Assembly: GCA_973895155.1 (NCBI GenBank)
Contig: OZ316891.1
Location: forward strand, 27,193,561-27,257,560
DNA: 64,000 nt
Source: Marsupella aquatica
Taxonomy: Eukaryota > Plantae > Marchantiophyta
Direction: 5' to 3'
Shown: positions 13,808-28,711 of the stretch, piece after piece
Layout of the letters: every line of letters starts with the position of its first letter
Numbering within the stretch: position 1 is the stretch's first letter
Translations under genes and position numbers: made by a program
The notes under the pieces: model-generated
What the model saw: the letters and a program-made list of their open reading frames with translations, nothing else
What the model was told of the DNA's origin: nothing
The model's database searches: none

Positions 13808-14879
13808 GCTGCTGCTGTACAGAGATTTGAGACACTGATACCACCCCTGCTGCGGCAATCGCGCACATCGCTCGATCTACAGCTTGATCGTCACGCTCGA
13901 TGTTCCCACTTGCACTCAAATTGTGGTGTCAATTCAGCTCTTTCCTTCGTAGCAGTGCAGGAAGCGCGATTTGGCGCCACGCGAGAATGTTCAAATTACC
14001 CGCAATTCATCCGAGAGGCCATCTTCGAGAAGACGCATCGAAGTAGCCTACCGCAGCAGGTTGCCTCACGAACTGTACAGCTTGTGCTATTCACTTTGCT
14101 AGTACTACAGAAGTGATTTGTATTTTTGATCTGCACTATCTGAGCTACTTGTGGTAGTACTGGGTTCAGGGCGTTCAGACTTTTATTTGAGTAGTGTACC
14201 GGGAAAGTTGTGAAATCAACAGGGTTTACTCTAATCAAACTAAATGAATAAATTATCCTTGTTTCGGTATGAGCTAACCTCGGGATGTAATTGACTAATA
14301 GCAAGGTTACATGCAGTAGAGGCGGGGGGGGAGCCCGTACTCGGGGCCCCTTGCTTCCAGCATTTTGGGAAGTAGTCGGGGTGACCTGCTCTACCTTCGC
14401 ATGGGGCGACTTTGGGCTGCTTCTCACCCCTTGCCCCCAATGCCCTCCAGTCTCCCTTCTCGTCCTCTGTTTTTTGGCAGTTTAAAATATATTACAGTAG
14501 TGATTTGTATTTTTGATCTGCACTATGGGAGCGACTTTTTTTGGCCTTTGAAAAAAATTATTTGAAATTCATCCAAATGCCAGTATACAACAGGGGTGGC
14601 CACAAAAGGGGTCAGCACAGGGGGAGGGCAGGGGGAACCAAAGGTTGGGCAGCCCAACGGACTGGAAATCCGGTCACCAGGAAAGAAGCAGGCCCAGCAC
14701 GAAGGGAGCCAAACAAGTCATGTAACTACAGCAGAAGGAGCGGCACACTCCAAAGACCGGCCAGTGGAGAAGTGCCACCAAGGCACCCAACAGTGGGTCT
14801 GTGACGCAAAACAATATTGGTCTAGCCTGCAGTTAAGCTTCTACTCTTGACTCATAGACTAAATCATGTGGGGTGAGGG

Positions 14880-15282
14880 TGTTGAGCATAGACGACGATC
14901 GCAACGGCAAGCCCATGAACCATCCAACGCACAATAGTCGACACAAGAGATACGTGGTTCACCTCCTTGAGGCTACGTCCACGGGAACACACAAGAGAGC
15001 TTTACTGAACTCTAAGCCCGTCGGCTATACCGAGTCTCCACAGTGTAAGCTCTCTCTATCTCTCAAGTGGCTCCATAACAATGAGCCTTGGTTTTACCTC
15101 TCCAAGCACACATGCCTCTTATGATATAGTGTGCAACTTAGTTGTACCTAACCACATAGTTGTACCTAACCACATAGTTGTACCTAATCACGTAGTTGTA
15201 CCTAACCACGTAGTTGTACCAACCCACGTTGTTGTACCAACCACGTCATACCTAACCTAGACGTAAGAGTAAATACCCAACA
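14880..15282 (-). repeat. 3' LTR of the copia element (403 bp, six ~18-bp internal units)
   Basis: Near-identical to 20936-21374; termini TGTTG...CAACA. Confidence 0.95.
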
Positions 15283-15473
15283 ATCTTCCCCTTGACTCTG
15301 GTCTAGGGGAGAGTAATACTGCCAATGTATATGATCCCTCAGCGGGAAGTTCTGGACAGAAACCAAACCAGTTTCCCTCTCTAACTAGAGCAAACCAGAA
15401 CTAAGCCGTAGCCTAATACATAGGAATGAGGAAGAGCATATATCAGTAATTACAATGAATGTTTAAGAAAACT

Positions 15474-18400
15474 CTACTTGTGATGCAATTGCAAAACCTG
15501 CAATACGTCACGGTGTCTAGAGAAACTCTCCAAAGGAATCACTTTGGTAAATGCGTCAGCCGGGTTGAGTTTACCATCAATCTTGACTAGCTCAAACAAA
15601 TTATCAGACACAGCCTGCCTGATAAAATGGTACCTGACGTCAATGTGCTTCACTCTGCTGTCCATCACCTGGTTCACAGCAAGGTGGAGCGCACTTTGAC
15701 TATCACAATGGAGCTTCACATTCCCCTGTGGCAATCCCATTTCAATGATAAGTCTATCCAACCAAATCGCTTCCTTTGCTGCTTCCGCAGCTGCAACATA
15801 CTCCGCTTCTGTAGTAGACTGAGCAATACACTTCTGCAAAGTAGACCTCCAACTTATGCATCCACCGCCAAGTGTGAACACGTATCCTGTTGTTGATCTC
15901 CTTCGGTCCAAATCTTGTCCATAGTCAGAATCTACATAGTCAATCAATGATCTAGATTTCTTTGCATTCGCATCAAATAAAAGACCATGATCCACGGTAC
16001 CCTTCAAGTACCTGATAATCCACTTCACTGCTTCCCAGTGTACCTTCCCTGGATTCGACATGTACCTGCTCACCTTGCCCATAGCCATGGCAAGATCAGG
16101 TCTAGTGCAAGTCGTCAAATACATGAGACTCCCCACTGCCTTGTCATATGGAACCTTTGACATCAACCCCTTCTCTGTGTCATCCGTAGGACAGAACGCT
16201 GATGATAACTTGAAGTGTGGAGCCAACGGGGTACTTACTGGCTTGCTATTCTCCATGTTGAACCTTGCAATTACCTTCCTCGCATAACTGCTCTGCGTCA
16301 ACCATAGCTTGCCAGCCTCCAAGTCCCTAGTGATCTCCATACCCAAAATCCTCTTAGCAGGCCCTAAGTCCTTCATCTTAAACTCTGCACTAAGCAGTGC
16401 CTTGAGCTTAACAATCTCAGACCTATCCTTGGCTGCAATTAGCATGTCATCCACATAAAGTACTAAAACAATGAACCCAAAGACAACATTCTTCACCGGT
16501 TTCAAATACACACAAGGGTCAAATACACTTCTGTGAAAACCTTGTGACCGAATCCAATCGTCAAACCGCTTGTTCCACTGTCTTGGTGACTGCTTCAACC
16601 CATACAAGGATTTCAGCAATCTGCAAACCAATTCCTCCTGTCCTCTCTTCACAAAACCTAGCGGTTGTCTCATGAAGATCACCTCTTCCAATGTGCCATA
16701 GAGGAAAGTTGTGACAACATCCATCTGATCTAGGAGTAGACCAAACATTACAACAAGTACACACAATAGTCGTATTGTAGAGTACTTAGCAACTGGTGAG
16801 AAGACCTCATTGTAATCCACACCTTTCTCTTGTGTGAATCCCTTTGCTACCAATCTAGCCTTGTAGACCTTTGATCCACCTCCTATGGAATTATCCTTCA
16901 GCTTGTAAATCCACTTGCTGTCCACCACTTGCTGACCCTTAGGCAGCTTAACAAGCTCCCAAGTTTTGTTGTCCTTTAGTGACTGCATCTCCGTTTGCAT
17001 TGCTGCAGTCCACTTCTGCTTCTCCTTTGAAGCACTTGCCTCATGAAATGAAGAAGGTTCTCCTTCTTCCAAAATTAACGCATCACCCTCATCATCAGCT
17101 GTAAAATCATCCTCTTGCAGTTGAGATGAATCAACCCACTGTCCATACCTTGATGGAGCGCGTACAGTGCGACCAGATGTTCTTCTAGCCGATGACTCCG
17201 ATTGATCTGCGTGTGCTGGTACAATTTGAAGCTCAACAGCATCCACTTGCTGCTCACCAGCATCAACAAACTCCTCTGGTTCCTCTGGCACAGGAACCAG
17301 CTCCATAATTGGAGCAACTCCTTCTCTCCGGTCATGCACCTCATAACCAATCTCCCCCTCAACGAGATCCGGGATAGGAGATTTTCCTTTGTCAGTACGG
17401 GAGACCTGAGTATTCTCCCCCTCCTTTAATAATCTGGATTCATTGAAGGAAACATCCCTACTGACAACGAGCTTACAGGCAATAGGATCCCATAGCCTAT
17501 AGGCTTTCACACCACTCTGGTACCCAAGAAAAACACATTTCCTGGAGGTAGGATCCAACTTGGTCCTATTCTGCTTTGGTGTGAGAGCATATGCATCACT
17601 TCCAAAAATTACCAAGCCATGATAGTCTGCTTGCCGCTTATAGCGCATCTCAAACGGCGTTTTGAAATTGATAGCACTAGAAGGAGAAAGATTTACCAAA
17701 TAAGCTGCGGTATTGACAACTTCTGCCCAAAATTCTTGTGGTAAACCTGATTGGCTCAACATACTCCGTGACCGCTCCAACAGTGTCCGATTGAGCCTCT
17801 CAGCGACACCATTCTGCTGCGGAGTATAAACTGTGGTGAGATGGCGAGTTATGCCCTGTTCTGAACAGTACTCTTCAAATTCCATTGAAGTGTACTCCCC
17901 GCCGTTGTCTGACCTCAGACTCTTCACCCTTGTATCCAAACACTTGATCGTGTTTCCAGTCTGATTCTCCACCTGGGCCTTCCACTTCTTAAAAATGGAC
18001 AAGACATCAGACTTATGCGTCATGAAATAAATCCACACAAATCTTGAGTAATCATCAATAAATGATACATAGTACAACTTTCCAGAGTGTGAGGGAGTCG
18101 GGGATGGACCCCACACGTCACTATGTATGTACTCAAGAACCGCTTTGGAACGATGAGTTCCAACACCAAAAGCACGACGATGCTGCTTTCCAAGAATGCA
18201 ATGCTCACAAAACTCTAATTTACAAGATTGCAAATCAGAAATGAGTCCATTCTTCCGTAAGATAGCCAAACCCTTCTCACTCATGTGGCCTAGCCGTGAA
18301 TGCCACAGTTGAGTCATCTCCTCGTGAGACTTGGTTACATTGGCCTCTCCACATACAGTATTGCCCTGTAACACATACAAATTCTTTTGTCTACTCCCCT

Positions 18401-18746
18401 TCAAAATCACTGTCTCTCCCGACCTGACTTGAAGTTCACCATCAATAACGCTCCATTGATGACCATTTGAATCCAACACACCGAGTGAAATCAGATTCTT
18501 ACGCATGCCAGGTACATACCTGACTCCGGACACTGTGCGCACAGCGCCATCAAACATTTGAATCTTCACAGACCCAATTCCCTCAATTTGACAGGAGTGA
18601 TCATTTCCCATCAGAACTGAACCGTTTGAAATAGAGTAAGAACTGAAAAACTCACGAATGTAACAAATATGAAAAGAGCAAGCACAATCAAGAATCCACA
18701 CATCATCTGCTCTCCTAGATGACGTGCACAGGGCATACCCCCGGCT
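15474..18746 (-). CDS. Copia pol polyprotein (protease, integrase, RT, RNase H)
   Basis: WILDCACSFH, LWHSRLGH..CEHC, HSDVWGP, LRSDNGGEY, PQQNGVAER, YKARLVAKG, LYVDDML, KHIDVRYHF. The frame is open from the gag stop onward. Confidence 0.95.
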   Translation of the reverse strand, partial: SRGYALCTSSRRADDVWILDCACSFHICYIREFFSSYSISNGSVLMGNDHSCQIEGIGSVKIQMFDGAVRTVSGVRYVPGMRKNLISLGVLDSNGHQWSVIDGELQVRSGETVILKGSRQKNLYVLQGNTVCGEANVTKSHEEMTQLWHSRLGHMSEKGLAILRKNGLISDLQSCKLEFCEHCILGKQHRRAFGVGTHRSKAVLEYIHSDVWGPSPTPSHSGKLYYVSFIDDYSRFVWIYFMTHKSDVLSIFKKWKAQVENQTGNTIKCLDTRVKSLRSDNGGEYTSMEFEEYCSEQGITRHLTTVYTPQQNGVAERLNRTLLERSRSMLSQSGLPQEFWAEVVNTAAYLVNLSPSSAINFKTPFEMRYKRQADYHGLVIFGSDAYALTPKQNRTKLDPTSRKCVFLGYQSGVKAYRLWDPIACKLVVSRDVSFNESRLLKEGENTQVSRTDKGKSPIPDLVEGEIGYEVHDRREGVAPIMELVPVPEEPEEFVDAGEQQVDAVELQIVPAHADQSESSARRTSGRTVRAPSRYGQWVDSSQLQEDDFTADDEGDALILEEGEPSSFHEASASKEKQKWTAAMQTEMQSLKDNKTWELVKLPKGQQVVDSKWIYKLKDNSIGGGSKVYKARLVAKGFTQEKGVDYNEVFSPVAKYSTIRLLCVLVVMFGLLLDQMDVVTTFLYGTLEEVIFMRQPLGFVKRGQEELVCRLLKSLYGLKQSPRQWNKRFDDWIRSQGFHRSVFDPCVYLKPVKNVVFGFIVLVLYVDDMLIAAKDRSEIVKLKALLSAEFKMKDLGPAKRILGMEITRDLEAGKLWLTQSSYARKVIARFNMENSKPVSTPLAPHFKLSSAFCPTDDTEKGLMSKVPYDKAVGSLMYLTTCTRPDLAMAMGKVSRYMSNPGKVHWEAVKWIIRYLKGTVDHGLLFDANAKKSRSLIDYVDSDYGQDLDRRRSTTGYVFTLGGGCISWRSTLQKCIAQSTTEAEYVAAAEAAKEAIWLDRLIIEMGLPQGNVKLHCDSQSALHLAVNQVMDSRVKHIDVRYHFIRQAVSDNLFELVKIDGKLNPADAFTKVIPLESFSRHRDVLQVLQLHHK

Positions 18747-19781
18747 TCATAAAACATACTCATCATTGAGTAAATCAGCTTCTCCATCAGCCCTAGCCAC
18801 ATTTGCCGATGAAGTTTCCGCTGCCTTTCCCTTACAGTCTCGCTTGAAGTGTCCAACTTGGTTGCACTTCCAACATGTCACCTGCCTCCTCTGAGGGGAT
18901 TTACCCTTGGACTTAGATCTGGATTTAGATCTAAACTGGGTTCTACGGTCCCCAGTTGGTCGCTGCATACTCCTCCCATGGTTAACATTGAGGGCAGCAC
19001 CAGATGATGAAGGCTGTGACGTGATGTGCATCTTCTGCTGAAGATCATCACTAAGCAGAGAACTTACCACGTCATTGTATGAAATGGTATCCCTATCACG
19101 ATGCAACAACACTCGTGATAGGGACTGGTAGGATGGAGGCAATGAACTAAGAAGCTGCAGAGCCTTCGTCTCATCATTCAAAGTCTCCCCAAGGTTTTCC
19201 AAGTCAACGACCATGTCGTTGAAAGCATCCACATGGTCTTGCAACTTCGTACCAGATTTCTTCATCCTGAAACTCATCAGTTTGTAGGAAGTGTAGAGCC
19301 GGTTCGATAACTCCTTGCGGTGATACTTGCTCTGCAATTCCGCAAATAAGGACATGCAATCCTTATGTGCACCCAACTGCTTGATGATGGGAGGCATGAG
19401 ATAGAGTGTAACACACCACACTCCCTGCTCCTGCATGCGGTCCCATTGTTTCTCATCAACATCGTCTTCACGAGGGCTCAGCAGTTGGCCCATCCCTGAC
19501 GCATAAAGCACTCCCTTCACCTGCTTCTCCCATAGCAAGTAGTCAGAGCGCCCATCATACTTTGTCACTTCATACTTGGGTCCCCCAAGCTTGAAAGTCC
19601 CCATCTTCTTCTTTACCGTGAGCTCCGGTAGTAGTACTGCTTCCTCCACCACACGCCGCACCGGTGATGGTATCGGTGTTACGTGCTCTTCCTCCTGCTC
19701 CTCTCTCTGCCCCTGAAACCTCCACGGTGATCCTCGTGCTTCAAGTTCCACGTCTTCGAAAAACTCCTCCGAATCACTCAT
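18747..19781 (-). CDS. Copia gag
   Basis: YDGRSDYLLW, LLSSLPPSY and a CCHC zinc knuckle (CWKCNQVGHFKRDC). Ends at TGA in frame with pol. Confidence 0.93.
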   Translation of the reverse strand: MSDSEEFFEDVELEARGSPWRFQGQREEQEEEHVTPIPSPVRRVVEEAVLLPELTVKKKMGTFKLGGPKYEVTKYDGRSDYLLWEKQVKGVLYASGMGQLLSPREDDVDEKQWDRMQEQGVWCVTLYLMPPIIKQLGAHKDCMSLFAELQSKYHRKELSNRLYTSYKLMSFRMKKSGTKLQDHVDAFNDMVVDLENLGETLNDETKALQLLSSLPPSYQSLSRVLLHRDRDTISYNDVVSSLLSDDLQQKMHITSQPSSSGAALNVNHGRSMQRPTGDRRTQFRSKSRSKSKGKSPQRRQVTCWKCNQVGHFKRDCKGKAAETSSANVARADGEADLLNDEYVL

Positions 19782-20935
19782 ATGAGAAAGTCACAAAAAA
19801 TGTTGTTTTTCACAACTTCTCAAAAAACTCGAAACTCAACACCGCCGCGTAGCCCACAAAGCTAGGAGTCCAATACTGAAAACCAAAATCAAAATCGAAA
19901 TTTGACGGAAAAGTTATTCAAATTTCGGTCGAGGTGGGTAAAACCTTGGGAAACTCCCCCGTTTTGACCACCTCAGGGAATAACCGAAATACCAAGTACA
20001 ACCCGTTGTCGGAATTGCGATGTGATTGGTGTGCTGCATTGCCAACTTCAATGGCTACGACCTCGCCAAAAAATAACCAAAAAAGTTACCGTTCGGCGGA
20101 TGAAATCTTTGTCGGACGGTCAAAAAATAGCTCTCTGGTTTTTTGGAATATTCTATGACCCTTGTACAGGCCCTATAGGAATTTTGGAAGAACAATCGAG
20201 GGGCTGACATGTGTCCTCGAACCCCCAAAACCCCCTACCACCCTTCGTCGTCGAAATCTGGTCGCGCGCGCAGAAAATACACACGGCAGAATGTACCCCT
20301 CGACACCAAACGCAAGATATCTCACTCGGGTTTTGACTAAATCAAGATCCGATTTCAGATTTGGAAACTAGACTCCGAGGTGATGAAGATCGATATAAGA
20401 AGCACCCAAAACGAGGAAAGAACAAGGGAGAAAAAAATTGGTAAAGATGACAGATTTCTCTCAATTGCCATAGCCAATTTCGAATCAGTTTTTCAAAGAG
20501 AAAAAAATGGTACCTTGTCAACAACGAATGTTGATCAATTGCACTTGGTGCCGTCACCAAGTCCAACAAGGTAATTGATTTTGCTTAGCCTTCCTCTTTG
20601 CATCAAAGAGCCAATCCCGGACTCAAAAACAATCGTCTTGCCTCAATCTCTCCGTTGAGTCAAAACACTTGACGCTTCTCCCTCTGAGTCGATTGTCAAC
20701 TTTCTTCACAAAATCCAGAACGACGAAAACTTAGATCTCTCTGCACCACGAGCTCCGTTCAACGATTTCTTCACACCGTTAGAAAGCTCTTACCCTGATC
20801 TATCCGTTGAGCCCATAAACTCCAAGTTCCATGCGATGGAACTCTGGAAAATCCACCAACACTCAACGCTGGAAAAACCGTCATGAAATCCCGTCACGAA
20901 CACACGTCACCTCCCAAGCATGCTCTGATACCAAT

Positions 20936-21374
20936 TGTTGAGCATAGACGACGATCGCAACGGCAAGTCCATGAACCATCCAACGCACAATAGTCGACAC
21001 AAGAGATACGTGGTTCACCTCCTTGAGGCTACGTCCACGGGAACACACAAGAGAGCTTTACTGAACTCTAAGCCCGTCGGCTATACCGAGTCTCCACAGT
21101 GTAAGCTCTACCTATCTCTCAAGTGGCTCCGTAACAATGAGCCTTGGTTTTACCTCTCCAAGCACACATGCCTCTTATGATATAGTGTGCAACTTAGTTG
21201 TACCTAACCACATAGTTGTACCTAACCACATAGTTGTACCTAATCACGTAGTTGTACCTAACCACGTAGTTGTACCTAATCACGTAGTTGTACCTAACCA
21301 CGTAGTTGTACCAACCCACGTTGTTGTACCAACCACGTCATACCTAACCTAGACGTAAGAGTAAATACCCAACA
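20936..21374 (-). repeat. 5' LTR of the copia element (439 bp, eight ~18-bp internal units)
   Basis: Adjacent to the PBS; 36 bp longer than the 3' LTR. Confidence 0.95.
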
Positions 21375-22210
21375 GAGGGTGCATCGGTGGTACTTGTAGG
21401 ATATCACCATGGATTTCCCACAATTCAGCCCAAGATCCATAGTTGATAGTCACATATTTGCTGGCATCACTTGAAGAGGTTTTTCCGGTCTGAATTTTGA
21501 ATTGTTGTTTGGCCCAGTCTCTTCGGAAGTAAATCCTCAGGCAGTGCCAGGATTTCCGGATGACAGCTTGGTCACACAAACGAGTATGCTCGATGAAATG
21601 TGAACTCCTTTCCTTCCACAAGATCCAAGAAGCAATGGCTCTCAAAGTATGCCAAAGTTTCAGAGGAGTGTCCCAAACAGCTGGGAGGGGGGCACCCAAA
21701 AAGATGTGGGAGGGTTGAAGATGGTGGTTGAGTTCCTTGTGGAGGATGCATTGTGCAGGATGAAATTGCACCCAGCACCAGACGGATGAAGAAATAGGGC
21801 AACTCCAGAGACAATGTACGAGATCCTCTTGTAGGTTAAGATCACATAGTGCGCACCAGGTTAGTGGGTCTGTTGTTGGCAATGTTGGCAGCCTCCAGTG
21901 CTGGGCAGCTGGGATCCAATAAATAAGCTCTGATAAGAAACAGATTTCTGCTGTTGCACGAAAGGGTAGCCAAGTATTAGCCCACAGTAGTTTCAGATTA
22001 GGGCTCCAATCAAGCGTTCTGCCCACTTCTGGACAGCCTTATGTGTCACTGTTCGCAATGGGTCTTGAATCTCCCGTAGTCGAGCAGTGTTGGCTTCCAG
22101 GAATGGGGTGCCATCCTTCCATTCATGCTGCAGCAAAACCTGTAAGAGGCCAACCCCTCTCCCAATATGCTGTTGTGAGCAATTAGACCTTTTGTTGGAA
22201 CAAACCACCC
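21375..22210 (-). mobile_element. Degenerate LINE (L1-like) ORF2 C-terminal remnant, interrupted by the copia
   Basis: zf-RVT-like motif WCALCDLNLQEDLVHCLWSCP..VW and ASWILWKER. The frame continues across the copia TSD (...PPMHP|HPT*) into ~14860-14879. Confidence 0.75.
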
Positions 22211-23606
22211 TTGCAGCATTTCATGTTACTTTCATTAAACCTTGGCTTGATTGTCACATCTTACATGCTTAGTTAACTCGATCTTCCTTGTTGCAGCTCA
22301 TACAACTTATTTTGACACATTTTGCTCCTTGCTAAGAGTTCCTCATTGCTATTGAAGAGATTTTGTCTTTGTGTCTCAGACTTAGTGCATGGTTACAATA
22401 TGTTAAAGATAATACATTCATCTGTTTCCACATCAATATGCACTTGAAGTCCCTACAGGAAGTGGGACAATGATTGCATGTATTAGAGCAACCCTGGATA
22501 GACCCCTTGATTGGCTTGTACTCCAGGTGAATGTTTTTAACTTTTTCAACAAAGTCTTTTTGGGTAGCCATATTTTGTGGATTGATATCAGAGTTGTGGT
22601 TACAGACCCATTGTGATCCCCCAAAATCCAAGAAGATAGTTTAAAGAAGGTGGTCACTAGTGTATTTTGGTATCAGCACCATGAGCTCCCAATCAACTGG
22701 ACTGCAATATTATAAATAGCATTGCCAATAGATCTAAGGGTAAAATGTGATTACCCTAACTAAATACAGGTTGGGGGCAAAGAAAAGAGGGCCATAACTA
22801 GTCAGAAAGTGACATGTCCCCTGAAAGATATGTGAGGGGAGGATATATTCTGAAACTCTCACCAAATCATCAAACTGTTGTGATCAATTGAGACTTGTCC
22901 TTACTCCCTCTCCAACAATGAGCGGGGCAGTGAGTCAAAGAGTAGCATCAGGCGTTCATGCATTCAAGGGGAAGCGCTAGTGGAGGTTGTGGCTTCTGAC
23001 TTAAGGTGCGCCCAAGGTGTGCGTGGTCCCAACGTGTTGTTTCTGCAGTACGTCAATTATTTTTTTGTCATTGTCTGGGGCCCATAGACACTAGTTTGAG
23101 AATCACAGGTGATCTCAAGGAACTAGTGGATCCACATGAAGTGGACGGCGAGAGCCACTAGAGGGTTTAGTGAGAGAGCCGAAGTGAGAGCCGAAGTGAG
23201 AGCCGAAGTTTGGTGCTCGGAGGTGAGTCGGAGGTGGGAGGGAGGAGATGCGTTGTTCGCGAGAGTAGGTAAGCCGAGGGCGCGGAAGGAGGGGCAAGGG
23301 AGCAAAGACTTGAAGATTAAATCTCTAGAAATCTCTACATGAAATCTGTTTTGAAAGACTCCTTCCTTTCCTGATCGAGATCTTCGGAATCCGCATAAAC
23401 GTTGCAAGAAGCTCAATTGCTGCGGAGGCAACGAAGCCGGGAGCGATGTGGATGGTTATTCCGCTGCAGAGCCGGAGATTTCTTCTTCTGACTTTTTGGA
23501 TTAGTGGCTCGAAAGGCACGAGTGGAATTGGAGGTCAGTGATGACGCCCTGAATTTTGGCCCTCCTATGCTTCTGAGAACAATTTCGGCAGTAGGATTCT
23601 TCTGAA

Positions 23607-26985
<3,379 letters not shown>

Positions 26986-28548
26986 ATATTCGGATTTTAA
27001 GATTCTAACTAGATATAGAGTGTACCACATCTATGCAATTTTGTCCCCGATGTAACCGTGCAGGAGAATCGAAAAGTGTAAATTGAGTACATGTCTTTCT
27101 CGACATTCCATTGCATTGGAGCTTTAAGATGTGATTGTGTTACGATATGCGAGTCCGAACACAACTTACCAGTTCTCATGTAGTTTGAATGAAACTCTGA
27201 CCATGCAGTCATTTTTTATGAACTCATGAACAAGCGTTTCTCCTCATGCAGATCCATTCCTCAATGGAAAGAAACAATTGTATTCCAGACCAGCAATGAT
27301 GATCTGGATAGCTCGAGTGGAAATGATGAGTGAAGTTGATCTGGTCACAGAGAAGTGTTTGCTGGACGAATGCTTTGGGACATGCAATTGAACATTAAGG
27401 GAGAGTGTAAAATCAAGGACAGAAAATGAAGATAAGGAACTCTTAAGTCTGTTGGTGCTAGGAAAAGAGATAGATGAGGAAGGGCCATGTACAATGAGTA
27501 ATTTTAATTTATGGGTGCCCATGTACCGTTCCTGGGACTGTCAACGAAGTGGTAGTTCTAGTCATGTATAAAATGAATGCGATGTTAGTGGCTCTTACCA
27601 CCGAAGTTCGCACTGCAGTAAGACATGCGTATGACCGGATTATGGTTTCTGTTTCCCAAGCGTGGAGTTCCTTCTAGTAAAACCTTTACTCACGAAGGGA
27701 TACTCGAACATGAAGCGTAAGTCAATTGAGTTGCCCTCCTGTGCTTGTAGGAACAGATTGCAGAGAGTTGTGACAAGAAATCAAATAACAGGACAGTACT
27801 TGCGTTGCTTGGTACGAAACTTACACTTCATTGTGCTTGTTTGAATATTTCAAGGAAATCCTGCGATTCCATAAGGGCAAAACCTCTTGTTGGGCGGTAT
27901 TATCACCGCTTTAATTCCCGAGGTTTCAGAGAAATTAAATGCCCAAACCGTAACATTTGCACCATCACTCCGACAGCATTGGGTTCAACTTTTGCTATAC
28001 GAAATATTAATCGGAGGACTGCACTGGATGTCCCAGAGTGGTCCCAATCGTTCTTACGACACTCCGTTTCTATACTTATCTTCACCAAATGCAATGTTCA
28101 AGGCTTGGCATCGGAAACCTGACTGAAGCGCTCTTGTCTACAAACTTCGCTTCCTTGGTTGTCAAGATGCAGATAAGTTCAGAAATTGAAGGGCAATAAA
28201 TAGACGATGAATGGATGGACTCGCTGCTCTTCAGCCCATGAAACCACCCGCCGAACCAACACCATGACTAGTCGGTGCTGCAGCTATTGTGTTCCACTCT
28301 AGACTGATGAATCAAAGAGTTCCATCAGATCTTCCGCAAATCACCTCCACTGCCCGACTCTGCAGAAGCTAGAATACCAGGCTTTCCACAAGGCAGTGCA
28401 CCTTTTCCCCTTGTACTGGTCCCCCTAGTCCGCATTAAAAAATCCAGAAGGTTCATTGCAACTCTAATTGAGGGGATTGAATCCCGGGCGGCAAAGCACA
28501 CTCCCGTCTCCCAAATGGAGCTGGAGCTTAAATACCCAGGGTTGGTAT

Positions 28549-28614
28549 CCCTTGGTCTGACTCTAAAACTCCCTTGGTCTGGTTCTAAAACTCCCTTGGT
28601 CTGGTTCTAAAACT
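28549..28614. repeat. 22-bp tandem repeat x3
   Basis: CCCTTGGTCTG(G/A)(T/C)TCTAAAACT, three copies. Confidence 0.85.
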
Positions 28615-28711
28615 CAACTACTTCTGACGAAAAACGAAATTTAAATCAGCCAAGGGAACCTGAATTCCAGCGGACCTTTGAACCAGGCAGAGCTCCTCTG
28701 GACTAGGAGCA

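Larger units (their letters stand above)
14880..21374 (-). mobile_element. Full-length Ty1/copia LTR retrotransposon (Tnt1/Tork-like), recent insertion
   Basis: TG...CA LTRs at 14880-15282 and 20936-21374. 5-bp TSD GAGGG (14875-14879, 21375-21379). PBS TGGTATCAGAGC (tRNA-iMet) at 20922-20933 on the minus strand. PPT next to the 3' LTR. Domain order PR-IN-RT-RH. Confidence 0.98.

Noticed and set aside
13490-14116. 208-aa plus-strand ORF
   Set aside because: Antisense shadow of RAD54 exon 1 and its leader; no recognisable motif.
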